Below the pieces are notes generated by a model. It made no database searches. It saw only the letters and a program-made list of their open reading frames with translations, and had not been told where the DNA came from. From IMG/VR virus record IMGVR_UViG_3300037041_001930: a DNA stretch of 64,000 nucleotides. One strand, given 5' to 3'. Positions 55,833 through 64,000 of the stretch are shown piece by piece. Every line of letters starts with the position of its first letter. The first letter of the stretch is position 1. The stretch is from a virus (taxonomy: Duplodnaviria; Caudoviricetes). The translations under genes and the position numbers were made by a program.

Positions 55833-55847
55833 TTTACTCACAGTCAA
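55833..55847 (-). promoter_or_regulatory. TTGACT-N3-AGTAAA motif
   Basis: Minus strand TTGACT-GTG-AGTAAA; its TGA is the polA stop. Confidence 0.6.
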
Positions 55848-58800
55848 GCCGCACCGAGCAGCGAGACGACTTCAGCCTTGGGAAGTTTTACACCCCAACG
55901 CTTGAAGATTTCAATGTCGACTCCGAGGTTCTTATCTGTCCCCGGAATCTTGCAGGCGGTGCCCATACAGAACTTGATGACCTGCACCATCTGGGGCACC
56001 GAGGGGATTGGAACCTGGAACAGGAAGGCGTCATGGATCGGCAAGATGATGCTGTACCCAAGAGCCTTCCCGATCTCGGTGCGATACCTGAATCGGTATA
56101 GGTTGATTCCTGCTAGACTGAGAAGGAATGCCACAGATCCCTGAATGGGACTATTCGAGGCCTGGCGACGCGCCGCGGCCTGCTGTGACCTCGAGAGCTG
56201 GTGCACACCGGTGAAGTACCGGCGACGACGGGCGCAGTCTTCCACCCATCCGTTCTCGATCGCTGAATCCATGTTGGCTTGCATCCATTTCCAGGCCACT
56301 GCAAACCGCTTGGCGAACCCGTCGATAAGACCCTGTGTTTCATCTTGTGTGATCGAAACACCTGCCTTACCGATTTCACGTGTTAAAGCACGTGCACCTC
56401 TTCCGTATAAAATCCCAAAATTAACTGTTTTACTGGCATCTCTGAAATCCTTGTACGACTTCTTGAACTTGTCACACCACTTGTCGTATGGGCACCCCTT
56501 GGTGACCACTCCACCATCTAAGACAGCGATCGCGGCCTCCATTTCAGCGAGCAGGGGTAGCTTGAAAGCCACGCATGCCATTTCCGAGTGGAGATCACGC
56601 CCCTGCTGCACAATCGCGGTGAGCACGGGATCCCCGGAGGCATAAGCCAACTGGGCGAGCTCCGCGGTCTGAAAGTCGGCCTCGATGAGGACGTAGCCTT
56701 CAGGGGCTACAAGGCAGGACTTATAGCTCGGGATCTTGAGACGTTTGTCAGATGGGATCCAGGAACCATCCGTGGGAACCTTGTCGTCATCGGTCCTACG
56801 TTTGTACTCTTTGACATCGCAGCCAACGAAGTAATCCACGAACACCGCGAAGGCTTCAGACTCCTGACGTTTCGGAGACGTCTGGAGATTGGGCTTCGAT
56901 GACCGGTATCGATGGGTTTCCGAGGTCTGCCAAAGATGGGTTCTTACGCGCCCATCCCGGTAGATGTTGTTATGGATCCCTTTGCCATCACAGGGAACCC
57001 CGAACTCGTTGATCTCGATGGCGTGGAGATAGTCCCGCAAGAACTTGCCAAGGATGAGGACCTGCTGGAGGTACTTGATCTCATCGCAGGGGTGCTTGAG
57101 GTACAGGAGATCCAGGGATTCCGATTTCGTCGAGGGGGTGTGTCGATCCGCGACTCCTGCTGCCAGGATCTCTTCCCAGTCACGGGGGTACTTATCCGTA
57201 TTCGATATCGGAGTCAGTCCTGTGAGGACACGTGCCCCCGGGGGGACCACATGGGGCTTCTTGTCCCTGAACACGCAGTCGCTGAACAAGAGCATGAGAA
57301 CCTGATCCTTGGACCCCGGGTTGAATGCCGGCCAGTTCAACAACTCCCTTAGCTTGACTAGAATGGCGTCGTGCACGGGTTGATAGATGCCTCTGAGCTC
57401 AGTACGCCTGGCCTCATCGACAAGGATGCCCTGTCGTTCGACATCGAGGAGATGAAGGGAGGTCGGCGCAGTAATGTTCTTGTAGATCTCGAACAAGTGA
57501 GCGTTCTCGGGTTTCGCGAATAAGTCGAGGAGGGCATGTAAGGCCTCCCAGGTCACCGCGACGTCGTCCATGCTGTACGGGATCAGGATTTCATCGGGGA
57601 TATTGCGATACCCGAAGTCAAGGTTGGACTCTCGTCCATTCTCAGTCAACCAGTCCTGCAGGGGCTTCCAGTAGTTTCCAAACTGGGGCGCAAACTTGCG
57701 AGTCAGGACTTCCAGGCCTTGGTCATCATCCCCGAATAGGAGATGGTGCATCAGCATGGTATCGTAACCTGACTCCAACTTGTCATCGACGTTGAACTCC
57801 ATCTCGGAGAGGCGTTGGATGTCAACACGGAGGTGGTGACCTGCCAGGCGCACCTTGGGGTGCTCGAACAGGGCACGCATGGACTCCATGGCCTCACCGA
57901 TCTCGGCTTCAGTCATGAAGGCGTGGCCCTGACAACCATAGAAACCGAAGTAAGCTGCCTCACCCCGGTTCCAGGCGATCTGGACACTGAGCGTGTAGAC
58001 GTCTTCCTCTCGAGCCGAGTCGTTGCCGAACTCGGTATCGAAAACGACGACCTCGACTTCGCCGGATTCCACCTTGGCGATGACCTCCTTGCACGTCGCC
58101 GCGATCTCCCCTGGAGACGTGCATACCCGGTACTTGGAGCGGTCGACGTGGACCTTGTTGACCCCGTTAAAGATCAGGAAGTCACGTGCACGCTCCAGGT
58201 AACTCCGGAAGACATCAAGTGAGGCATGCCCATACGCGAACTGGTTATGGCTGGGGATCACGAGGACCTCGATGCCATGCCAGTTATGGAACTGGCCCTC
58301 ATAGTTGTCCATCTTGGCATTACGCCCAAACAGACCCTTGAGGGCCTCGGATCCACTCGCGATGATCAACCTGGGGTTAAGCCCCAGGATGTCAGCCCTG
58401 AACAAGGCAGCATTCGACTTCTTGTGGGCCTCGCGATACGAGGTCATGCCTTCACCAAGTGGGAACCGAATCGATGCTGTGAGGAAGACATCCTTGAGGT
58501 TGAGTCCTGAACCCGCGATCTCATTTCGCAACCAGAGACCGACTTCATCGCTGAGGTGGCTCTGGATACCGAGATCCTCCCGGGTCGCCGGGGGTGTGAT
58601 GTAGACCACGGGGACCCCCTTTCTCCACTCATACACCGGGGGGTTGTCAAGAATACACCCGGGGAGATGCACGGGTTGCCCGGAGACTTTTACCTCGGGC
58701 AGCGGAATCATCCTGTTACAGATGTAATGCGCAACCTGTTCCTCGGAGAGATCGGGACGAATGCTCCGAACTGCTGCGAGATGCTCGGGATCGAGGTCAA

Positions 58801-58861
58801 TGACCTCGGCGACCACAGAGCGCGTGGTCGCCTGTGTTTTAGTGTCAGCCAAGGTGCGCAC
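55844..58861 (-). CDS. polA: Family A DNA polymerase with an N-terminal UDG-like domain and 3'-5' exonuclease
   Basis: Exo VFDTEF/YDTML/YSMDD; motif A EADFQTAEL; motif B RDASKTVNFGILYG; motif C IHDA; N-terminal DVFLT...PRLIIASGSEAL...VIPSH. Confidence 0.95.
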   Translation of the reverse strand: MRTLADTKTQATTRSVVAEVIDLDPEHLAAVRSIRPDLSEEQVAHYICNRMIPLPEVKVSGQPVHLPGCILDNPPVYEWRKGVPVVYITPPATREDLGIQSHLSDEVGLWLRNEIAGSGLNLKDVFLTASIRFPLGEGMTSYREAHKKSNAALFRADILGLNPRLIIASGSEALKGLFGRNAKMDNYEGQFHNWHGIEVLVIPSHNQFAYGHASLDVFRSYLERARDFLIFNGVNKVHVDRSKYRVCTSPGEIAATCKEVIAKVESGEVEVVVFDTEFGNDSAREEDVYTLSVQIAWNRGEAAYFGFYGCQGHAFMTEAEIGEAMESMRALFEHPKVRLAGHHLRVDIQRLSEMEFNVDDKLESGYDTMLMHHLLFGDDDQGLEVLTRKFAPQFGNYWKPLQDWLTENGRESNLDFGYRNIPDEILIPYSMDDVAVTWEALHALLDLFAKPENAHLFEIYKNITAPTSLHLLDVERQGILVDEARRTELRGIYQPVHDAILVKLRELLNWPAFNPGSKDQVLMLLFSDCVFRDKKPHVVPPGARVLTGLTPISNTDKYPRDWEEILAAGVADRHTPSTKSESLDLLYLKHPCDEIKYLQQVLILGKFLRDYLHAIEINEFGVPCDGKGIHNNIYRDGRVRTHLWQTSETHRYRSSKPNLQTSPKRQESEAFAVFVDYFVGCDVKEYKRRTDDDKVPTDGSWIPSDKRLKIPSYKSCLVAPEGYVLIEADFQTAELAQLAYASGDPVLTAIVQQGRDLHSEMACVAFKLPLLAEMEAAIAVLDGGVVTKGCPYDKWCDKFKKSYKDFRDASKTVNFGILYGRGARALTREIGKAGVSITQDETQGLIDGFAKRFAVAWKWMQANMDSAIENGWVEDCARRRRYFTGVHQLSRSQQAAARRQASNSPIQGSVAFLLSLAGINLYRFRYRTEIGKALGYSIILPIHDAFLFQVPIPSVPQMVQVIKFCMGTACKIPGTDKNLGVDIEIFKRWGVKLPKAEVVSLLGAA

Positions 58862-60065
58862 TCCTATGGGAAGCCGGCAGGGCTTGCAGGAGACCCCGCA
58901 TGACAGCCCAACCGAGGTCAGCGGGATCCGGAACCTTCAATCTCTGCGATTTCTCCATCTTGGGGATCATGCCGTCTTGTTCATCCCTGCGTTGCTTCAT
59001 CGCGGCATTCGCAGCCGCCATGACCTCAGGTGGATACTTGAGCAGCATTGCCGGGATCCGGAGCCCAGCTCTATCCAGGCGCTCCTTGAGCTCCTGGGCA
59101 AAGATACGACCGTTATCCGCGGGGTCATACTTGACCCCCTTCTTACGCCGTGTCGTGGGATCCGGGATCATGGTCTCGGGATCCAAGGCGATGACTGCCG
59201 TCTTGAAGTCCCTGACGATGAGACTGATCCGTCTGGGGTCGAGTTCCTTGCCAAAGATCGCAGTAGCCGTGGGGCCGCTGGCAATCGAGGCCGGGATGCC
59301 CTCTGTGATCACGACAACATCCCCGCGTTGGCGCGGCAAGTTGTCCCAGTTGTATAACACCTTCCTGAATCCAGTCGGGAAGTACCACCTCTGGGAACAC
59401 AGGGGATCCAGAGATCTGCCTTGCCAGGACACCCACTTACCATCTTGCTGGATGGGGAAGATGATTCGGTTGTACGCCGCGGGGTACTTGGGGTCTGGGG
59501 TAGAGCAATACCCGACCTTGAAGTAATCACTGATGACGTCGGGGTCGAAACCATACTTCTTCACCACGAACTCCCGCGCGGGGTGCCCACTGGGGAGGTC
59601 CCGCAGGAACAAGACACCACTGGGGAGATCCTGGGTAACCGGGACCTCGGGTCCATTCTGCTTAGAAGTCTGTGAACTCATGATACGTGCCACAGAGAAC
59701 CCGACGAGATCTGGGTTCTTTTTCAGGTAGTCTTCTATGGCAGCATAAGCGGGATGCGTGTGAAACCTGCAGCCCTCATTATGACACTTGTACAAGTACC
59801 TGAGGATCTCTGGCGCAATGTTACGATCCAATGGGGTCAAGAGACGATGCCCGATTTCAAGTCGGTACCTGTCGTCTCCGCACACCGGACAGCACACATA
59901 ATACTGCTCACCTCCATAGTCGATTTTTGGGACTCGCGGTGTCTTCGTGAGATCCCACGACCATCTCGCGTTCTCGCCCTCGGATGTCACCCTGACCTTC
60001 CCGAATACGGAGGTCAGGGCATCGAAGAGCGCAGGGTTTTTTACTGTGCCTACTGCGTCTGCCAT
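58845..60065 (-). CDS. dnaG: DnaG-type primase (Zn finger and TOPRIM)
   Basis: CCPVCGD...CHNEGC, RIIFPI...WQGR, ITEGIP, ALDPE, DPAD. Confidence 0.88.
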   Translation of the reverse strand: MADAVGTVKNPALFDALTSVFGKVRVTSEGENARWSWDLTKTPRVPKIDYGGEQYYVCCPVCGDDRYRLEIGHRLLTPLDRNIAPEILRYLYKCHNEGCRFHTHPAYAAIEDYLKKNPDLVGFSVARIMSSQTSKQNGPEVPVTQDLPSGVLFLRDLPSGHPAREFVVKKYGFDPDVISDYFKVGYCSTPDPKYPAAYNRIIFPIQQDGKWVSWQGRSLDPLCSQRWYFPTGFRKVLYNWDNLPRQRGDVVVITEGIPASIASGPTATAIFGKELDPRRISLIVRDFKTAVIALDPETMIPDPTTRRKKGVKYDPADNGRIFAQELKERLDRAGLRIPAMLLKYPPEVMAAANAAMKQRRDEQDGMIPKMEKSQRLKVPDPADLGWAVMRGLLQALPASHRSAHLG

Positions 60066-60073
60066 GTCTCCTC

Positions 60074-61540
60074 CTATTCTTTGGGGACAGTGTGTTTGTT
60101 GTTATCCGCTGAGTTGCGGGCAATCCGCCCATTGGCTACCGAGAAATCCTTGGATTCCTCAAAAGACGCGAACTCCCCTGTGTGGCGTAGGACCACCCGG
60201 TCACTACCACGGAGTGGCTTATCATTACGAGCCTTGGGTACCCCGAGGATCTGGCACCCAGTCTTGGACTCACGTGGACCAATGGTCACAAAATATCGAA
60301 GTGGAACCTGGAAGTTTGTACGCGAATCCGCGGCGCAATACTGATCGAAATCATAGAACGGCCCTCTACGCGCGGCATCGCCCCCCATCTGGTGAGATAA
60401 CACGACGCAGATGTTATACTTCTGGGCGATCTCGGCTGCCCAGGTGGCTATGAATGAGGTCGGACGCCGGAGGTCGTCGGATTCCCATTTGTTGCCCCGA
60501 AACTTTCTGGCCTTCGCCATTTCACCCATGGCACCTGCCCAATCAAAGTAGGCGATACGAAATCTGCCATCCCCATCCCCAGCCGCGGCTTCGATGGCGG
60601 TCTCAACACTGGTGAGATCGCCGTCGTGATCATTCACGAGGTCCACAAACTTGACATTGTCCTGGAGCTTCTTCAGGCGATCTAAGGTGATATCACGATC
60701 GAGCTTCATGGCTATGGCTGCCTTGATTACGTCATCCCCGTGATCCAGCAAAACATTCGTCGAGATCCCCAGTGTGCACGCCAACACATTTCTGCGGTAG
60801 TCGGCATCCATGCCTTGTTCTGCGATAGCCATAATCGCTGGTCTCCCCATCATGGCCTGCGCAATCACGATCTGATTCCCCAGAGTAGTCTTACCACCAC
60901 CACCGGGGGCGACGAGCCCCATGGCGGCGCTCTGGACCAGACCACGCCCACCACCAACCCGGACATCGAGGAAATCAATGCCGGAGAGAACACGCGCAAC
61001 CTGTTCAGCCTTCTCATAGGGGTTAAACGAAGTGCTCGGAGCACTAAAAGCACGAGAGCGCTCCATATCCAGGGCTGTCGACCTCTTCGAGAGCTCACTC
61101 AAGAAGTTGTCGCTGTTCTGGTTTCTCTGGGCCTCTTCGATTAACGCCCTGGCTTGAGCATCAAACCGACACGTCCGGATCATGTGCTCATATAACGCCT
61201 TGGCCAACTTTGCACTGCTGTCGGTTACCGTTGGCATAAACACATTTACAAAATTATCAGTATTGTTCTTAAAAGCCGCGGCCTCTGGTGAATACGGATT
61301 CAGGAACCGCTGGGCCAAACCAACAATCTCAGCCTCAAATGCTGGCCTATCCGGAGGAGCCTTGTACTTTTCAAAATAGGCCTGGATAGTGGAGAATGCT
61401 GCCGAGCACCAGTAATCACATCCTATCGGCTCCGACGTGAACCACTCGGATTGTAGGTTCGCCGAAGCATCCTTGCAAAACTTGGCACTGTATAACATGT
61501 GCCCTATTACGATGTAGTAGTGTTGAGGTGTAAAGCTCAT
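60074..61540 (-). CDS. dnaB: DnaB-like SF4 replicative helicase
   Basis: APGGGGKTT, IAEQ, YFDWA, LSHQM, KARN; ATGA-coupled start. Confidence 0.85.
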   Translation of the reverse strand: MSFTPQHYYIVIGHMLYSAKFCKDASANLQSEWFTSEPIGCDYWCSAAFSTIQAYFEKYKAPPDRPAFEAEIVGLAQRFLNPYSPEAAAFKNNTDNFVNVFMPTVTDSSAKLAKALYEHMIRTCRFDAQARALIEEAQRNQNSDNFLSELSKRSTALDMERSRAFSAPSTSFNPYEKAEQVARVLSGIDFLDVRVGGGRGLVQSAAMGLVAPGGGGKTTLGNQIVIAQAMMGRPAIMAIAEQGMDADYRRNVLACTLGISTNVLLDHGDDVIKAAIAMKLDRDITLDRLKKLQDNVKFVDLVNDHDGDLTSVETAIEAAAGDGDGRFRIAYFDWAGAMGEMAKARKFRGNKWESDDLRRPTSFIATWAAEIAQKYNICVVLSHQMGGDAARRGPFYDFDQYCAADSRTNFQVPLRYFVTIGPRESKTGCQILGVPKARNDKPLRGSDRVVLRHTGEFASFEESKDFSVANGRIARNSADNNKHTVPKE

Positions 61541-62130
61541 TTGAACACCTCGCATAACTCCACAAATATCTTCGGGGCAATGGATGAAGCCAGGAACTCG
61601 CGTCGAGCCTCCTCGCGGCATGCCTCGGCGATGCCTGGCAGTTTATGGTGTGTCGCCATGGTGAACCTCATCAGGGGTGTGAACTCAAACCAAACTGTCC
61701 GAAGGATACCCTCGGGGGAGCCAATGCTGACATACCTTTTCCATCTGTCAAGCTGTAATTGGTAACGATGTAGGTCAATATCGGCTGTACTAATCAAGAC
61801 ATCCCTGGCACCCGTAGTCACGGTTTCAGATGCCAGGCCCTGAGGGTATAGCATGGAGCCCGTCTTGAGCAGATACCCGATCTGGGTGTTCACGAAGACC
61901 TCAGGAGATTCCCCGAGTCGCCTCGCGATCTCAGCTGCCTTAATGAAATACTTGCGCTGCTGCTTCGAGCACCCCGAGGCCCCAGGGATCACTGCACGCC
62001 TGGCCTCGACAAAGGCACGCTCAATGGCAACGGCCCCATGCTCGATTTCAGGACTCACCACGGGTTCCATCTCGGACTCAAAACCAGTCTCGACACTGGA
62101 GACTTTCTTTCTCTTATAGCCTGTCTTCAT
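61537..62130 (-). CDS. Hypothetical replication-cluster protein (possible helicase loader)
   Basis: ATGA-coupled between the two helicases; function inferred from position only. Confidence 0.55.
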   Translation of the reverse strand: MKTGYKRKKVSSVETGFESEMEPVVSPEIEHGAVAIERAFVEARRAVIPGASGCSKQQRKYFIKAAEIARRLGESPEVFVNTQIGYLLKTGSMLYPQGLASETVTTGARDVLISTADIDLHRYQLQLDRWKRYVSIGSPEGILRTVWFEFTPLMRFTMATHHKLPGIAEACREEARREFLASSIAPKIFVELCEVFK

Positions 62131-63581
62131 GATCCCACCTCGTAGATCCAGCCATTACGCTTGTAGACCTTGAAGCGATTCGCGGACCTCCCCTTCATGT
62201 CTGGACTGAAGACGTCATTGAAATCGATGAGGAGTCCATACTCCTTTTTGCCATCGTGACCCTTACGACTCAGACGCCCGGGGACCTGACCACTCGCGAT
62301 CTCAGTTGAGGTACCCTCGGCGCGGACGAGGACGTCGAGGCCCAAGAAGTTGACCCCCTTGGACCACTTGTACGTCGCGATGACTTTGCGCAGGGTGCCC
62401 GCCGAGAACTCCTTCTTCATCCGAGCACAGTCATCCTTGGATGGCGCCGACTGGGTACCCTGCATGACACCTCTCCTACGGAGGTCGGCTTCACGTTCAT
62501 CATCGACTTCTCCGGTGACAACTACGAACTCGGGTAGAGCCTGCTGGAGCAGGAAAGCATGTTCAGTCTTCTCCACCATGATCAGGATCTGGGGATCCGG
62601 GGCCTCCGTGATCTCGGCGCGTCTCACCGCATGCGCGATGAGATCATTGCGTGCCTTGTTACGCCAAAGCGCGATACGGTCCTTGGCGACCTTGTTGGTC
62701 ATCCCAGAGGTATCTGGCCCAATGGCGCTCTCGTAGACCCGGTACCTGAGCTGGCAGATGTTCCCGGACTCCACGGCCTCCTGATAGGGGACGTGGTGGA
62801 TCACGGGACCGAACAGGGCTTCCATGAACCCATCGGCGCCATCACTGCGCCCCTTGGGGGTTGCCGTGAATGCCTGGAACTTGGCGCGAGGGAACCTATT
62901 GAACATGTCGATGAAGTTCGGGGTAAGTACGGCGTGGGCCTCATCGGTCATCAGCAAGTTGATGTTTGGGTCCAACTTTAACAACGAGTGTGTAACCGCT
63001 ACGGTTACACGCCGCTGCTTGTGCTTACCCCCGCCCACGATGCCCACAGAATACCCGAGCTCGGGTACCAAGGATTCGTAGATCTCCTTGGCGACATCCG
63101 TGCTCGGTACGGTGACCCCAATCATCGAATTGGGGTACGCCCTCACAATCATTCTGATGATAAAGCTCTTGCCCCACCCCGTGGGGCAGTCGATGACCCC
63201 ACACCTATTGGCGAGGAGCTTACAGACCACCTCGGACTGAGAACCCCGCCAGCTAATGCCCTGGAGTCTGGCGAGATCGGGATCCGGGAGCCCGCATGGT
63301 GTGAAATCTCTGACCTCGACTTCATGGCCTTGCTTGATCAGCTCGGCATGGATCCGGTACCCGTAACCCGAATAGGTCACGAATACCGGGGTTCCATCGG
63401 GTTGGGTGTCATACCAGTACAGGGTGTGGTCTTCAGGTTTCCTGGATTGCCTCCACCCGTTTTCTGCACAGGCCTGGACTTGAATCATTCGGGTGACAAT
63501 GCAGGACTTCTCGAACTGTTTGGCGAGAGGCGCAGGGCTCAGGGAGAGCATGCGCCCCAGGTATGTTAGGACTGCTTTCAT
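62127..63581 (-). CDS. SF2 DExH helicase (UvsW-like)
   Basis: PTGWGKS, TDEAH, TAT, IAT...GVN, QVPGRLSR. Confidence 0.9.
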   Translation of the reverse strand: MKAVLTYLGRMLSLSPAPLAKQFEKSCIVTRMIQVQACAENGWRQSRKPEDHTLYWYDTQPDGTPVFVTYSGYGYRIHAELIKQGHEVEVRDFTPCGLPDPDLARLQGISWRGSQSEVVCKLLANRCGVIDCPTGWGKSFIIRMIVRAYPNSMIGVTVPSTDVAKEIYESLVPELGYSVGIVGGGKHKQRRVTVAVTHSLLKLDPNINLLMTDEAHAVLTPNFIDMFNRFPRAKFQAFTATPKGRSDGADGFMEALFGPVIHHVPYQEAVESGNICQLRYRVYESAIGPDTSGMTNKVAKDRIALWRNKARNDLIAHAVRRAEITEAPDPQILIMVEKTEHAFLLQQALPEFVVVTGEVDDEREADLRRRGVMQGTQSAPSKDDCARMKKEFSAGTLRKVIATYKWSKGVNFLGLDVLVRAEGTSTEIASGQVPGRLSRKGHDGKKEYGLLIDFNDVFSPDMKGRSANRFKVYKRNGWIYEVGS

Positions 63582-63605
63582 CGCGACTCCTCGCCGCAAT
63601 GGACC

Positions 63606-64000
63606 TCAAGAGGCCAACGCGGCATTTTCTCCGATTGTTACGGTTTGATCAAAGAATCCCATAAGAGAGGCCTCATGGGTGACCACGATGACCTGCCGGT
63701 GGCTTGCCGCCGAAACCTTCTTGAGCTCGAGCAGCACGGTTTGCAGATTGTGGATATTGGTTTTGTCGAGGTAGCTGCTGGGTTCGTCGAGGACGATGAG
63801 CCCAGCATTCCTGGCAAAGGTATCTGACATGGCAACCCGGAAACTGGATGAGCCCACGATTTGTTCGCCACCACTGAGTCGGGCGGCATCCATCTCGGCT
63901 TCGGAGCCATCGGCATCTGGCTTCAGTGCCCTGAACTCCATGTTCTCGTTGATCCAGAGGCGGAACGGGGCGTTCCACTTGTCGAGGTACCATCCGAGTT
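63606..64000 (-). CDS. sbcC: SbcC/Rad50-like ATPase, C-terminal part (gene starts beyond the window)
   Basis: LSGGEQ signature, IVLDEPSSYLD, VIVVTHE; frame open to the right edge. Confidence 0.9.
   Translation of the reverse strand, partial: LGWYLDKWNAPFRLWINENMEFRALKPDADGSEAEMDAARLSGGEQIVGSSSFRVAMSDTFARNAGLIVLDEPSSYLDKTNIHNLQTVLLELKKVSAASHRQVIVVTHEASLMGFFDQTVTIGENAALAS

Noticed and set aside
1-64000. Numerous plus-strand and nested ORFs in the track (e.g. 16164-16895, 24574-25437, 51218-52159, 54115-55215)
   Set aside because: They are antisense shadows of GC3-rich minus-strand genes, with no SD or recognisable motifs
1-64000. CRISPR array, tRNA, rRNA, integrase or transposase
   Set aside because: No regularly spaced repeats, cloverleaf/T-loop signatures or catalytic motifs seen by eye; tRNAscan and CRISPR finders were not run
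1-64000. Alternative genetic code (stop-codon reassignment)
   Set aside because: Conserved genes are intact and tightly coupled under the standard code

Overview
This is a 64-kb segment of what is most likely a large (jumbo-type) bacteriophage genome of about 60% GC. The phage call is an inference: no capsid, tail or terminase gene lies in the window, and no host housekeeping operon is present either. About 90 genes are densely packed, often coupled by ATGA overlaps, and nearly all on the minus strand. The only convincing plus-strand genes are a STAS/anti-anti-sigma-like gene (23362-23799) and an unannotated 32-aa membrane peptide (17674-17772). The right third (44-64 kb) is a replication and recombination module: SbcC/Rad50 (truncated), SF2 helicase, DnaB helicase, DnaG primase, family A DNA polymerase with an N-terminal UDG-like domain, gp32-like SSB, RecA/UvsX, two 3'-5' exonucleases, RusA and RuvB. 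RuvA, thymidylate kinase, a Pif1/RecD helicase and a GHKL ATPase lie further left. The left 28 kb is accessory. It holds two tandem paralog arrays (1-3 kb and 4.9-6.6 kb), a dispersed 'GQVW' domain family, DHH, pentapeptide-repeat, MazG-like, SNase, lytic transglycosylase and permuted papain genes. The most distinctive signals are regulatory: (i) a recurring 15-bp pseudo-palindrome TTGACT-N3-AGTAAA at operon starts; (ii) two gene junctions where an upstream hairpin and an SD-sequestering hairpin are mutually exclusive; (iii) three perfect hairpins sharing a UGAYC pentaloop about 20 nt before start codons; (iv) an AT-recoded patch exactly over polymerase motif B. I found no tRNA, rRNA, CRISPR array, integrase or transposase. 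Many starts were moved from the ORF track to the SD-supported or ATGA-coupled ATG.
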